A DNA stretch of 63,899 bases, filler included, from Octopus bimaculoides (lineage: Eukaryota): the NCBI RefSeq assembly GCF_001194135.2. It is 7 parts of 5 records of this genome, joined end to end, with 100 filler letters (N's around TTAATTAATTAA, not from the genome) between each part and the next. Parts side by side here need not be neighbours in the genome. Positions count along the whole stretch, not along the records: positions 1 to 17,022 come from NC_068982.1; 6 more parts are not named here. One strand, written 5' to 3'. Shown piece after piece: positions 1-11,554 of this stretch. Below the pieces are notes generated by a model. It had not been told where the DNA came from. It saw nothing but the letters and a program-made list of their open reading frames with translations, and did not search any database. A program made the position numbers and the translations under genes. Each line of letters opens with the position of its first letter. The stretch's first letter is position 1.

Positions 1-242
1 TGTGCGGGTGGCACATAAAAGACACCATTTCGAGCGTGGCCGTTTTCGTGCGGGTGACACGTAAAAGCACCCACTACACTCTCTGAGTGGTTGGCGTTAG
101 GAAGGGCATCCAGCTGTAGAAACTCTGCCAAATCAGACTGGAGCCTGGTGTTGCCATCCGGTTTCACCAGTCCTCAGTCAAATCGTCCAACCCATGCTAG
201 CATGGAAAGCGGACGTTAAACGATGATGATGATGATGATGAT
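1..242 (+). mobile_element. RTE-type short retroposon 3' end with (GAT)n tail (family B)
   Basis: ...aacccatgctagcatggaaagcggacgttaaacGATGATGAT...; near-identical copies occur at 4561, 7215, 8770, 38441 and 53136. Confidence 0.85.
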
Positions 243-780
243 GTTTCTTAATTACTTATTTACATATTTTTATGCTAATGAAAAGTAAAGGAAAAATTTG
301 TGCAATCATGCATGCACACACAAAAACAGTTCTGTTAGATGACTTAGCTGAAGACATTGCTGTAACATTGTACCTCAAAAGTCCTATATCACAGATAAAT
401 CTGCATGTCTCTAAATCCTGAACTATAATTCAAATAGTGCCGTTTGCGAATAAAAACCTGAAACTAAACGTTCTTTTGTATGAGAAAGTTTTAACTCCAT
501 TTTAGGAAAAACATCCCCTTTGTACCATGTGTGTATACTTTTTGCCTTTTATCAAGAAAATTTCTCCAAATCTTTCTTCTTCTTTTGACTTTCAAGCACA
601 ACAACAGTTAATGCTGCAAGTGGTAAGTTAAAACTCACTGATACGATCTGTTAATGATTTAATTAGGAAAGAATGTCCAAATATCAATATCTGGTGACTG
701 TATGTGAAAACACAGGTCGTCAAATTTTCACAATGAACACCAACAATCACTGTATCAGCAAATTTCATTCAAATTCATAT

Positions 781-827
781 AACCCATGCCAGCATGGAAA
801 GCAGACATTAAACGATGATGATGATGA
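781..827 (+). mobile_element. Family B extreme 3' stub
   Basis: aacccatgccagcatggaaagcagacattaaac(gat)n. Confidence 0.7.
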
Positions 828-1110
828 CAACAACTATATTTTCCTGATTTTGATACTGGACTGTCTGCATTTCTTTGAAATCTCTTGTTTCTAACAGGAT
901 AGTCATTTACATTGAGAAAGCATCTGAGAACATCATGACTACTAAACACTAGACAATTATCTTGTATAGTCATGGAATTTATAATATAAAACTACCAGGT
1001 CATTGGTTATAAGTAAACTTCACAGAATACAAAACAAAAAAGTACCAAAATTCAACACAAAAACCACAGCTACAGCTGTGTGATAGATTAACAATAAAAA
1101 TCATAATTAC

Positions 1111-1275
1111 CTCTACATTATCAACTCTCACTTCAGCATTTTCCTTTTCAGCTTTCAATTCAAGTTCTATATTTAATAAAGCAAGCTTTGGACTTTCATA
1201 ACTCTTCCGCTGCATTTCAAACCCAGCATAACTGAAGGTTTTTTTAAATGCTACTCCAGCAAACAATTTAGAGTC
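1111..1275 (-). CDS. CCT7: CCT7 exon 7 (165 nt); gene continues beyond the left edge
   Basis: ttatag|...|gtaatt. Translates [56 protein letters not shown] found no exon 8 sequence in 1-1110. Confidence 0.97.
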
Positions 1276-1865
1276 CTATAAAAAACAACCAAAACATAAC
1301 TTAAAATATCTTCAAAACTATGTACAAATACAGGTTGTCTTGTAATTAAATTTTTCACTAAAGCAGATTTATGTCAGCTGAGATGGATTAGCAAATTAAA
1401 TACTGTCATTAAAAGTCTTTTCTGGTAGGTTTTCATTTAGGAAAACAGAAATCACCCATCATAATTTCAATAAACCTAAACCTACAATTTCTCAGTTTTT
1501 CAAAGTGTTCTTGAAGTATTAGACAGACAACATCAAGACTGCTGCACCATTCTAATAATGAGCTTATTTAGTAAATTTGAAATTAAGCTTATTGAAAGGG
1601 TGGTGGTGAATAGCAATATTTTAACTTCTTAACATTAGAGAATAAGAGAAATGGTTCAATTAGAAATTGAAACCATGGCATAGATTTAATTTACCAAGAA
1701 TGTAAGAGCATCAAGAGACCAATCAATAAATGAAATTAGGCTTTACCAATAACATACTGGCATAAGATAATAGCACCTTAAAGGTTAAGTGCAAATGTTT
1801 ATTTAACAAAGGAACAAATAGATCAAATTTCCAACATAGCCGAATTAGAAAAGATAAATATTTAC

Positions 1866-2037
1866 CTCAAGTGCTCCTCCTGGCACTTTCTTTTTGCCAA
1901 TCATATTTAAAGGTAGTAAATCATCAAGCAACATAACAGCATCTACAACCATCTTAGCAAAGAATTCCTTCTGGTGAGCAACAAGTTTGGAACTAAGAGA
2001 AGTGGCAGCACATTTTTCCAACAAATTGCGTAATTCC
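1866..2037 (-). CDS. CCT7: CCT7 exon 6 (172 nt)
   Basis: gcctag|...|gtaaat. Translates [57 protein letters not shown]. Confidence 0.97.
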
Positions 2038-2169
2038 CTAGGCAAAAATATATATAAATAGATGAAACATCAAGCAAGAAATAGTCATTCATTACTTTGT
2101 GAAACAAACTACATACAAGTTTAAGTTCCAATAACGAGTCCTATACTACTCTGACCAATTGTATAATTT

Positions 2170-3148
2170 CACTCCAGTTTTATCAACAGTGTATAGTGGG
2201 CAGCTGAATTTAGGAGGCAATGGAAGAGTCATGAAGATGACCCAAGGTCTTGACATCCTGCAACTGCCAGCACTGAGGGAAACATTGATCATGTTCACTA
2301 CATGGAGATAGAAGACAGGCAATTTTGACTATAAATAAAAAATCTAGTGCTATTGGTTTATCCTGTAAAGAGAGTTGATAATATTCTGCTTGGTGGGTGC
2401 TACACCTAATGACACCTGATCAAAAGTGCACCAGACTGATCACAGCATGGGAAAATCTGACATTGTCTAAGGCACATCCAGTTGGCTTCCTTAAAAGTTT
2501 CCTAAGTCAGGATGAGTGTTAGGTTCATCACTTTAAGCCAGGGACAAAGATACATTCCATGCAGTGGAAACACCTCTCCTCACCTGCTCCAAACTAAGTC
2601 ATGCTTGTTTCATCAGCAGGGAAACTGATGGCCTGTTTCTTGGGATGCAAAAGGTGCTTATTGACTATCATCAAGAGTCATACATCAAAGGAAAGTACTA
2701 TGCCAACTTGCTGAAGCAGTTAAGAAAGGCTATCTCAAGACCAGGAAAACAGACGAATGGGATCTTGTTTCATCAGGACAATGTTCCAGTACAAAAAAAC
2801 CTTGCGTTCAATGGCTGCTGTGCATGACTGTGACTTTGAACCAGTAGATCCCCCACCCACCAGCTTTTCTCCTGATTTGACTGCATCTGATTATCATGTT
2901 ATCCAGCATGAAAAGACACTTGGCTGGGAACTAATATCGCAGATGATGCCATATCTGCTGTTGTTTGCTTTTTTTGACTAACAGGACAACAGCTTCTTCC
3001 CCAATGTGATCCAAGCACTGCAACACCAATGGAAAAGGTGTGCGGACTGTAAGTAGGAACTATTTCAGAACAAAAAAAAAAACCTCATCTGGACACATTC
3101 CATCAGAATATTTTGATCAGCCTATGAACTTTTCAGCTGACCCTCATA
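2170..3148 (+). mobile_element. Decayed mariner transposon, 5'-truncated, antisense in CCT7 intron 5
   Basis: Frameshifted transposase motifs: WAAEF, QWKHLSSPAP, YYANLLKQLRKAI, LFHQDN, SPDLTASDYH, LQHQWKRC. Ends in a TIR-like cagcctatgaacttttcagctgaccctca followed by TA. Confidence 0.9.
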
Positions 3149-3858
3149 TTAGGGTCAAGTGACACATCACAAATTTTTGGCTGTAATTGAGTAAAAATGT
3201 ACATCCAATGAATTATAACAAATACAAACTCAAAACCCCATTAACACTATATATTTAGACTCTCATTACTTTACAATGACAAAATCTCTTTTTATATATA
3301 TATATATATATGTTAAAAGAAAAAAAGAAAATGGAGATATGGAAGTCAACAATTATTTATTATTAACAAATTAGTCATCTTCACCTCTCACACCTGTTTC
3401 AATTAACACTCAATAATTTAATTACAAATTTGTACATTAAAATTGCATTTATGTGACATGAGCGTAGTTTCATCAGAGGGATAAAAAAAATGCAAATTTG
3501 ATGTACAAATCTGTAATTAAATTATAAAGTATTAGTTGAAATGGCTGTAAGGAATGATGACCAATTTGTTAATAAATAATTGTAAACTCCCTTATCTCCA
3601 TTTTCTTTCTTACCTCTGGATATAAACTATATGCTTAATATATACCTATTGTTTTAAAGGAATTTCATTCCCCCAAAATGCTAGGTATTGAACCAGTATT
3701 TTCTTGTATGCAACCATCTCTTCACAAGGTTAACATATCCTCTGATTTACATATATATATATATATATATTTCACCAAATATGTATCAACAACAAACACT
3801 AACAAGTTCAAAGAAATTTTATGAAAAAATGTAGGCATATTACAATTGAAACTCTTAC

Positions 3859-3911
3859 TTTTGGTCATCTTTTTTTACTTTCACTGCAATTTCTTTACAT
3901 TTAGCAACAGC
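3859..3911 (-). CDS. CCT7: CCT7 exon 5 (53 nt)
   Basis: ttttag|...|gtaaga. Translates AVAKCKEIAVKVKKDDQ(K); phase fits exon 6. Confidence 0.93.
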
Positions 3912-4116
3912 CTAAAATAAAAAGTTAATAAAAGCTATGTCAATATTCTCAACCAATACTATATTTATGATTATTTAAATCATGTTGTTAAGCACCAAAT
4001 TAATTCTATTTGCCCTCCCTTAGCTACTCAATGATCAAGTTTACATGCTACAAACTCTACCACCAGTACATTATAGGATAAAAATTTATTTCAAATGGTG
4101 TTAAGACCCTTTAAAC

Positions 4117-4285
4117 CAAGGGTCTTCAAAGTGGTTGATGGGACAATTCAAAGGGCTGATAAATACCTGGAAACCGCACATCTACTTAATTATAATCATT
4201 TATTTTCTTGTACATTCTTGGGGGTTGCTGAGTTGTCAAGGACTCCATGAAGGGGTTGAGGGTCTAAAAAGTTAGGGGACCTCTG
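4117..4285. mobile_element. hAT-like MITE (degenerate)
   Basis: Ends caagggtcttcaaagt / agttaggggacctctg form an imperfect CAGGGGTC-type TIR; no TSD is recognisable. Confidence 0.45.
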
Positions 4286-4394
4286 CTCGACTATTACTTG
4301 AGTGTATATGGTAATTGCAAAGCAAACTTTAATGGCATGCAATCATGCCATGTCTGAGTCCATAATTTATGACTTTCAGTAATTTTTTTTCACA

Positions 4395-4560
4395 GGAGCA
4401 GCTGTGTGGTAAGCAGCTTGCTTACCAACCACATGGTTCCGGGTTCAGTTCCAACTGCGTGGCACCTTAGGAAAGTGCCTTCTACTATAGCCTCGGGCCG
4501 ACCAAAGCCTTGTGAGTGGATTTGGTAGACGGAAACTGAAAGAAGCCCGTCGTATATATA
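4395..4560 (+). mobile_element. tRNA-derived SINE family A, 5' half
   Basis: Head with A/B-box-like tggtaagc...ggttcagttcc, then gtggcaccttaggaaagtg, which resembles the CORE-SINE segment (gtgaccttgggcaagt). Ends in a TA run. Confidence 0.85.
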
Positions 4561-5522
4561 TCATCATCATCATCATCGTCGTTTAACGTCCGCTTTCCAT
4601 GCTAGCATGGGTTGGACGATTTGACTGAGGACTGGTGAAACCGGATGGCAACACCAGGCTCCAGTCTGATTTGGCAGAGTTTCTACAGCTGGATGCCCTT
4701 CCTAACGCCAACCACTCAGAGAGTGTAGTGGGTGCTNNNNNNNNNNNNNNNNNNNNNNNNNNNNNNNNNNNNNNNNNNNNNNNNNNNNNNNNNNNNNNNN
4801 NNNNNNNNNNNNNNNNNNNNNNNNNNNNNNNNNNNNNNNNNNNNNNNNNNNNNNNNNNNNNNNNNNNNNNNNNNNNNNNNNNNNNNNNNNNNNNNNNNNN
4901 NNNNNNNNNNNNNNNNNNNNNNNNNNNNNNNNNNNNNNNNNNNNNNNNNNNNNNNNNNNNNNNNNNNNNNNNNNNNNNNNNNNNNNNNNNNNNNNNNNNN
5001 NNNNNNNNNNNNNNNNNNNNNNNNNNNNNNNNNNNNNNNNNNNNNNNNNNNNNNNNNNNNNNNNNNNNNNNNNNNNNNNNNNNNNNNNNNNNNNNNNNNN
5101 NNNNNNNNNNNNNNNNNNNNNNNNNNNNNNNNNNNNNNNNNNNNNNNNNNNNNNNNNNNNNNNNNNNNNNNNNNNNNNNNNNNNNNNNNNNNNNNNNNNN
5201 NNNNNNNNNNNNNNNNNNNNNNNNNNNNNNNNNNNNNNNNNNNNNNNNNNNNNNNNNNNNNNNNNNNNNNNNNNNNNNNNNNNNNNNNNNNNNNNNNNNN
5301 NNNNNNNNNNNNNNNNNNTCTCTCTTGCACGCCACAACTGATGCTTCTAATGTTCAGCTTTTCTCTCAAGATACTTACACTCTGACGGGTATTCACATTG
5401 ACATTACACATCCAACGGAGCATACTGGCTTCATTCCTTGCGAGCTTACGTATGTCCTCAGCAGTTACAGCCCATGTTTCACTGCCATGTAGCATGGTTG
5501 TTCGTACGCATGCGTCATACAG

Positions 5523-5525
<3 letters not shown>
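4561..5525 (-). mobile_element. RTE LINE 3' fragment (RT C-terminus plus 3'UTR and tail), spanning a gap
   Basis: 5319-5495 encodes LHGSETWAVTAEDIRKLARNEASMLRWMCNV...REKLNIRSISCGVQE (RTE-type). 4561-4736 is the family B 3'UTR and (GAT)n tail in the same orientation. Continuity across the 4737-5318 gap is inferred. Confidence 0.75.
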
Positions 5526-5584
<59 letters not shown>

Positions 5585-5712
5585 ATGTTTGTCTCCCCCA
5601 ACATTGCTTGACAACCGATGCTGGTGTGTTTACGTCCCAGGGTCGATTTGCTCGACTAAAGGCAGTGCTCTAGCATGGCCGCAGTCAAATGACTAAAACA
5701 AGTAAAAGAGAG
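5526..5712 (+). mobile_element. SINE family A, 3' half
   Basis: (TA)n(TG)n then cattgcttgacaaccgatgctggtg...ctagcatggccgcagtcaaatgactaaaacaagtaaaaga. Confidence 0.85.
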
Positions 5713-5910
5713 AGTATATGAAGTTAATCAGATCAATTTTCTGCAATGTTAGAGAGAAACTATATATAAAATACCATAAACTGTCAGACATGAAACAGGC
5801 ATTTACCACAATTAAATCAGCCTAGTTTAAAACCTTTAATTCGTTTTCAAATGATAAACAAGACCTGTCTAAATGCAAGCCAAGTAAGACGATGGAAAAA
5901 CTACACTCAC

Positions 5911-6036
5911 CATATTAGCAGCTTTCTTAAAAGCGCCAATGATTATACGTGGATGAACTCCATCTTCAATGAATGGTTTTGCTTGTTTAAGGAATTCTGC
6001 AGTCAAAAGAACAACACTGGTAGTGCCATCACCAAC
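5911..6036 (-). CDS. CCT7: CCT7 exon 4 (126 nt)
   Basis: cttcag|...|gtgagt. Translates [42 protein letters not shown], containing the chaperonin GDGTTS ATP-binding motif. Confidence 0.97.
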
Positions 6037-6357
6037 CTGAAGATAAAAAGATAATTACCATGATTAATTCAAATAAGGGCTAACTAATTAATGCTAAAAA
6101 GAAGTATCTTTGCTTAAAGCCATCTGTTTTTTCAGCAAAAGCACATCTAAGTATATTATTGTTATTAGCAGACAGATAAATATCACAGGGTTTTGTTTAT
6201 CACTTGAATTAAAATTTTTAAAAAAATTCTGTTTAATTAAAGGTTTAAAGCACAAAAGATAATATTACCGTTTTAAAATCTTGTATTTTTAGTAATTGTA
6301 TAAGACAGAGTTGAAATATAAGTAATATGTAATAGCGTTAAATCATGATCTAGTTTC

Positions 6358-6582
6358 TTATTTCTTTATTGCCCACAAGGGGCTAAAGATAAATGGGACA
6401 AACAAGGACAAAGGGGTTAAGTCGATTACATCGACCCCAGTGTGTAACTGGTACTTAATTTATCGACCCCGAAAGGATGAAAGGCAAAGTCAACTTCGGC
6501 AGAATTTGAACTCAGAACTAACGGCAGATAAAATACTGCTAAGCATTTCACCTGGCATGCTAACATTTCTGCCAGCTCACCT
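6358..6582 (-). mobile_element. SINE family C
   Basis: Reverse complement reads ggtgagctggcagaa...gagttcaaattc (B-box-like)...cctttcatcctttcggggtcgataaattaagtacc. Ten further copies or fragments occur in the window. Confidence 0.8.
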
Positions 6583-6761
6583 CGTTAATCATGATCTAGT
6601 TTCATTGAGGTGCCACTCAATTACTTTCAGTAATTTATTTCATTACAGTTTAAAATTCATGGGTTTGGTATTTCAATATATAAAGGAGCAGACAGTGAGA
6701 AACTGTAACTACATATGAAGAAACTAAGCTAAAAAATTTAATTGAAATATACTGAACAAAC

Positions 6762-6868
6762 CTCTGCATCTTGAGATTTAGCAATATCAACCAACATTTT
6801 AGCAGCAGGATGAACAATGTCCAATAACTTTACAATGGTAGCACCGTCATTAGATATCGTGGCTTTTC
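6762..6868 (-). CDS. CCT7: CCT7 exon 3 (107 nt)
   Basis: ttttag|...|gtttgt. Translates (G)[35 protein letters not shown]; phases fit the neighbouring exons. Confidence 0.97.
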
Positions 6869-7214
6869 CTAAAAATAAAATCAAGAAACCATTAAACATT
6901 GACAATAGCATTCATAGCTCTCCAGACAATTTATTGTAGTTTGGTTCAAGAGTCATTTAAAAGACTACAACCCACCTCCCTTTTTTTAAATATGTAGCAC
7001 CAACTACCATATTCCCCAGCTCATAAAGACTGTTTCATTTCTGGAGGAGAGAAAAAAAAAAACCCAACTCAAAGCCATCTTTGCTTGTTATTGCAGATGC
7101 TCAGGTTGTAGAATGCAGTTTGATGACTGACCAGTCCTCATCAGAACCCTTGTCCCAGAATGTAAGCCTACATTTACAATTCACATGTAATAAATACATC
7201 CCAGTATTATGGCT

Positions 7215-7434
7215 AACGGCCGTTGCCAGTACCGCCTGACTGGCCTTGATGCTGCTGGCACGTAAAAGCACCTACTACACTCTCTGAGTGGTTGGCGGTT
7301 AGGAAGGGCATCCAGCTGTAGAAACTCTGCCAAATCAGATTGGAGCCTGGTGTTGCCATCCGGTTTCACCAGTCCTCAGTCAAATCGTCCAACCCATGCT
7401 AGCATGGAAAGCGGATGTTAAACAACAATGATGA
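7215..7434 (+). mobile_element. Family B RTE-tail retroposon
   Basis: Matches the 1-242 copy and has a degenerate GAT tail. Confidence 0.85.
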
Positions 7435-7552
7435 TATTGACTTTAATTTTGTAAATGTAGTGATAGTAGCAAAAAAAGAAGTTTACAAAGTCATTTGTTT
7501 TTCTCACTCAGCATTAACGGTTTACACCAACTGTTAAGGCAATCATCTACAA

Positions 7553-7759
7553 CAGTGATTCTCAATCAATTTTCACCTATGGACTTTTTTGATTCTTACT
7601 TTACATTTGGTGGACTCTCATAACCATTTGATGTTTAAAAAAATCCAATTATATTTATACTTAAATATTAATAGGAATTATATAAAAAAAATTGTCAAAA
7701 TATTTTATGTATAGCAAATTTATTGCACATAAATTTTAACAATTTATATGGAACCACTG
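7553..7759. mobile_element. hAT (Charlie-like) MITE
   Basis: Termini cagtgattctc / gaaccactg; flanking 8-mers atctacaa / aactacat match at 6/8 positions (TSD). Confidence 0.6.
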
Positions 7760-8769
7760 AACTACATTGCACAAGGTCAATCAAACAGAAAAGACAGATA
7801 CACATAATTAGTTATAAGCTACATATTGCAGAATATGTAAATAAAGGATGGCAATCATAAAGTTGAGCAACAGTGCACCACTATCAACTGAAAAAAGGAC
7901 CACTATCAACTGAGAAAGCATTGAAAAGGGAAATGAAAAAGCATCAAAGTAAAATCTTAACAATTGTAAGACTTATAGATTCACAATCAATAAAGTATGG
8001 AGTATAAGTCTAAAAGATAATAATATGAGACAAAATGCTTGGCAGAAACAGGAGAATAAAGCAATGAGTTTGCCAGATCTTCAACTTGGTGCTAACTTCC
8101 CATAAAGAGGCACAACCTAGGAATGAGCATAAAGAAAAGAACTGCACAGTTTCACAGATATGTGGTCAAAGTGATAATGATGAAATGTCATAACATTTGA
8201 AGAACCATCAAACAAAACTGACAAAAACAGGGGTGCAAAAAGATAGTAACTATAAAAACAACTAGGCATAAAACTTCTCTAGACTTTGGCCTGTTGCAAA
8301 AGCAGCATGAAATCCTTACATAGAGACTAATCTTCATGCAAAAATTACTACCCATTGAAATAATAGATGGACGAAGGAGTAGATGTGAAACTGTGGTTGG
8401 TTAGACAAAGTCTGGGCAAAAGCAGAGCAATTAAATATTAAGCAAGCATTATCCTTGCAGTTACAACAAACTGGATGTTTTAGATAACAAGCCTCTCAAG
8501 GATAACTGAAATAATCAACTATTACATAGATGTTAGTGGGTGAAATTATGGCAGCTAAGAGTAGAAATAATAGCCAACCTTCCTATGAAAATAGTGTTGT
8601 CTTAGAAACAGCTAGTAGCAGCTACTGATGTGTTAATAGACAATACATTTAAAAGACAGTCAACTGAATACAGAGACTTCAGGTATATGTAGGAAACTAG
8701 TTTTTCATTTTACCAGTCACTGGGTATGATCCCCTTATAAATAACCTGATTAAGTCTTTTTGAGCTGAT

Positions 8770-9042
8770 GCCAGTGCACCCATGACTGGCTCCTGTGCCG
8801 ATGGCATGTAAAAAGAACTATCCGAACGCGATTGATGCCAGGCCTGCCTGCCTGGCTCCTGTGCTGGTGAAACATAAAAAGCACCCACTACACTCTCAGA
8901 TTGGTTGGCATTAGTTAGAGCATCCATCTGTAGAAGCATTGCCAGATCAGATTGGAGCCTGGTGCAGCCACTGGCTCTCCAGACCTCAGTTAAACCGTCC
9001 AACACATGCCAGCATGGAAAACGACATTAAACGATGATGATG
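8770..9042 (+). mobile_element. Family B RTE-tail retroposon
   Basis: Same body with internal ggctcctgtgc repeats and a (GAT)n tail. Confidence 0.8.
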
Positions 9043-9295
9043 TGGCTAGACCATATCCCACTCTGCCAGATATTTTAAGCTTCTCCGTGATGATTCCTGA
9101 TGGGTAGGCTTTCCCTGTCTTCATATCCATAATTGCTTTATCTATCAAGTTACTGTCTATTTGGATAGATGGTTTCACACTAGGCAAATTCTCCTATGTG
9201 TTCTCCACATCTAGCAGCCTTTCATAGTGGCACTTCCAAGTCCCTTTCATTGCAGAGTCACTAACTACAAGTGAACCATCAATGCACAATTAATT
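9043..9295 (-). mobile_element. RTE LINE fragment (EN-RT linker)
   Basis: Translates DGSLVVSDSAMKGTWKCHYERLLDVE...LIDKAIMDMKTGKAYPSGII. Confidence 0.75.
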
Positions 9296-9853
9296 TGTTC
9301 TATATGAGATTAAACTGCTCAATCTTCCTGCCCAATATACTCTGCTAATAGGCAATGAGTTACCACTTGAATTTTATGAGATGGGAAATGTAATTCATGC
9401 TACTACACAAAAATTATTCCAAAATCCATAATCTTAATTTACAAAATGTCACATTAAGACCACTCCAAAAGTAAAGCATTCCTACTGAGGGTCAAATTAC
9501 GGTCACACTCTTGGTTTCAAAGACTTACCATTGCCCTGGTGCACACTCCCTCATCAGGTATAAAACATTAAATCCCGAGATTAATATCAGATAATTAAAT
9601 TATGGGGTGAGAGCACTAAGCAATGATAAGTATAAAGAATACAACCCTACCTCCATCCCTTTTAATTTGTAGAGCCAACTACCATATTTCCCAGCTCAAA
9701 TATGCTAAATGTCTGAACATGCTTTTAACATATTCAAACTGGTAATAATATTAATGTCAGGATCTTTATGTTTTTCTACACAGCTTTTGTAATAAAATAG
9801 TCTGGATATGAAGAAATAAGGTGCCTTAATTAAAAAGCAGAAAACTTGTTTAA

Positions 9854-10072
9854 CCATTTAGCATTTAAAACATTCATATCCAGCCAAAATATTCAACCCG
9901 TTTTATGTTCAAACCAACCAGATCCTGTCTCTCACACCTTCCCTACAATGTCATCCTAAAGATAAACAATCACATCATCAAAATCTCAAAGCTATGAGAT
10001 AATCCATGATTAATTCAAAGCAATGTGAATAAAAGGAATTATTTTTGACTGAGTGATGTATAAGTTAAAGGG
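9854..10072. mobile_element. TTAA-flanked (piggyBac-like) MITE
   Basis: TTAA|ccatttag ... ttaaaggg|TTAA. Confidence 0.6.
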
Positions 10073-10290
10073 TTAACTGAAAATGACAAAATAAATAAAA
10101 GTTCCCATCGCTTTAGGGAACCATATTTAGGGCTACTTCATTTTTGATAGAAGACATGTACCAGAGATGCTATATAGTGGGATCAAGCCATAACCAGATG
10201 GTTACAAAATGAACTCCCTAATCATGCAGCCACTTTAACTTGCAAATAAAGTAATTTTTCTTTTTTACAATAAAGCATGAGAAACCTTAC

Positions 10291-10444
10291 CTTGAGCATC
10301 CACAATTAGTTTATCCATTCCTCGAGGACCAAGAGTGGTACGAACAGCATCTGCCACAACTTGACAGGCCATGATGTTACTAAGGATTTGGGGCTTTCCT
10401 TGAGAGGAATCTGTGCCCTCTTTTAATAAAATGATTGGAGTTTG
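10291..10444 (-). CDS. CCT7: T-complex protein 1 subunit eta, exon 2 (154 nt)
   Basis: tttcag|...|gtaagg. Translates [51 protein letters not shown](G), the CCT7 N-terminus with the TLGPRGMDK motif. Confidence 0.97.
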
Positions 10445-11554
10445 CTGAAAGAAACAGATGATACAACTGAATATGATTTCAAAGAAGCATAGAAGCTAAG
10501 CTTAAAATAGAAGTCAAAAGTTCATTAATGTCATTCATAAAATTACAAGAGATTGTAACATCAACTTGACAAAATATATTAAAAAAATCTCAATACTCAA
10601 ATATTAATTAAGCATAATTACATCACTAGCATATCTATTTTCAGTGACTTCACTAGGAAACCTATTCCTTACTTATTTCATCCATTTTAACATACCTGGA
10701 AATTGATCAGGCAAAATACAGTCATTACATTAAACCAAGAGTGGGGAAGCTTTTTAGTGCAGCGGGCAAAAATTTCCAAAGAGAAAGGTCCTCTGGCAGA
10801 TCACAAGTTCTAACTCTAATATCTGTGTAAATCCTGTATATATCTATGTATAATTCGATATACATTAATAAAGATATGTTTAACATTAAATTAACGTGTA
10901 ATATCTTCATTTACGCTGCCACTGAATTTAGGACGTTTATATTACTTATGCGGTATTCTATATTTTTCAGCTAAAGTGTAGTTGGGTCTCAAGGGGGTAG
11001 TACAAACATAGCAATATGTGTTTTATAGCGAAAGCAAAATTTCCCTTTCAAATGGCAATTACCGGACGATTTTCTGTTCGAGTCTAACTGTTTTAAGTCG
11101 TAGAAACGTGACCTATCTCGAAAATAAGCACAGGAATATTGTATAAATTTTATAATTGAAAAATTTACTATATTTTGTACATACAAGTATACCAGCCTGC
11201 GAGCACAATAAAATGGGCTTGCAGGAGCAATTACGATTGTGGGTTTCCCCGCCCCTGCATTAAACCATTTTACCAAATGACCTTATATATTCTAAATGTA
11301 TATATCAAATGAATATTATTCTGAAATATGACAATTTTCAATACTCCAATGTATTACCATTGTGTATTAATGGACAATAAAAACTGTAACGACAGTAAAG
11401 TGATTTCCATTATACAAATAATAGCAAGAGCAGCAGACATTGAAAGATCAGGTTATTAGCACTACACTGGCTATTCGATTAAGGATTTCTTACAGATGTA
11501 CACAGGTAGAAATTTTGGGGAAGGAAATATTCAATTTAATTGACCATAGAATTT

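Noticed and set aside
4583-5495. Long ORFs in the track spanning X runs (also ~30.3-31.0, 32.6-33.5 and 59.9-60.9 kb)
   Set aside because: They are open only because Ns contain no stops.
11190-11262. GC-rich overlapping hairpins in CCT7 intron 1 as a possible ncRNA
   Set aside because: The end reads CAGGGGCGGGGAAAC on the minus strand, like a hAT TIR; more likely a one-ended MITE remnant.
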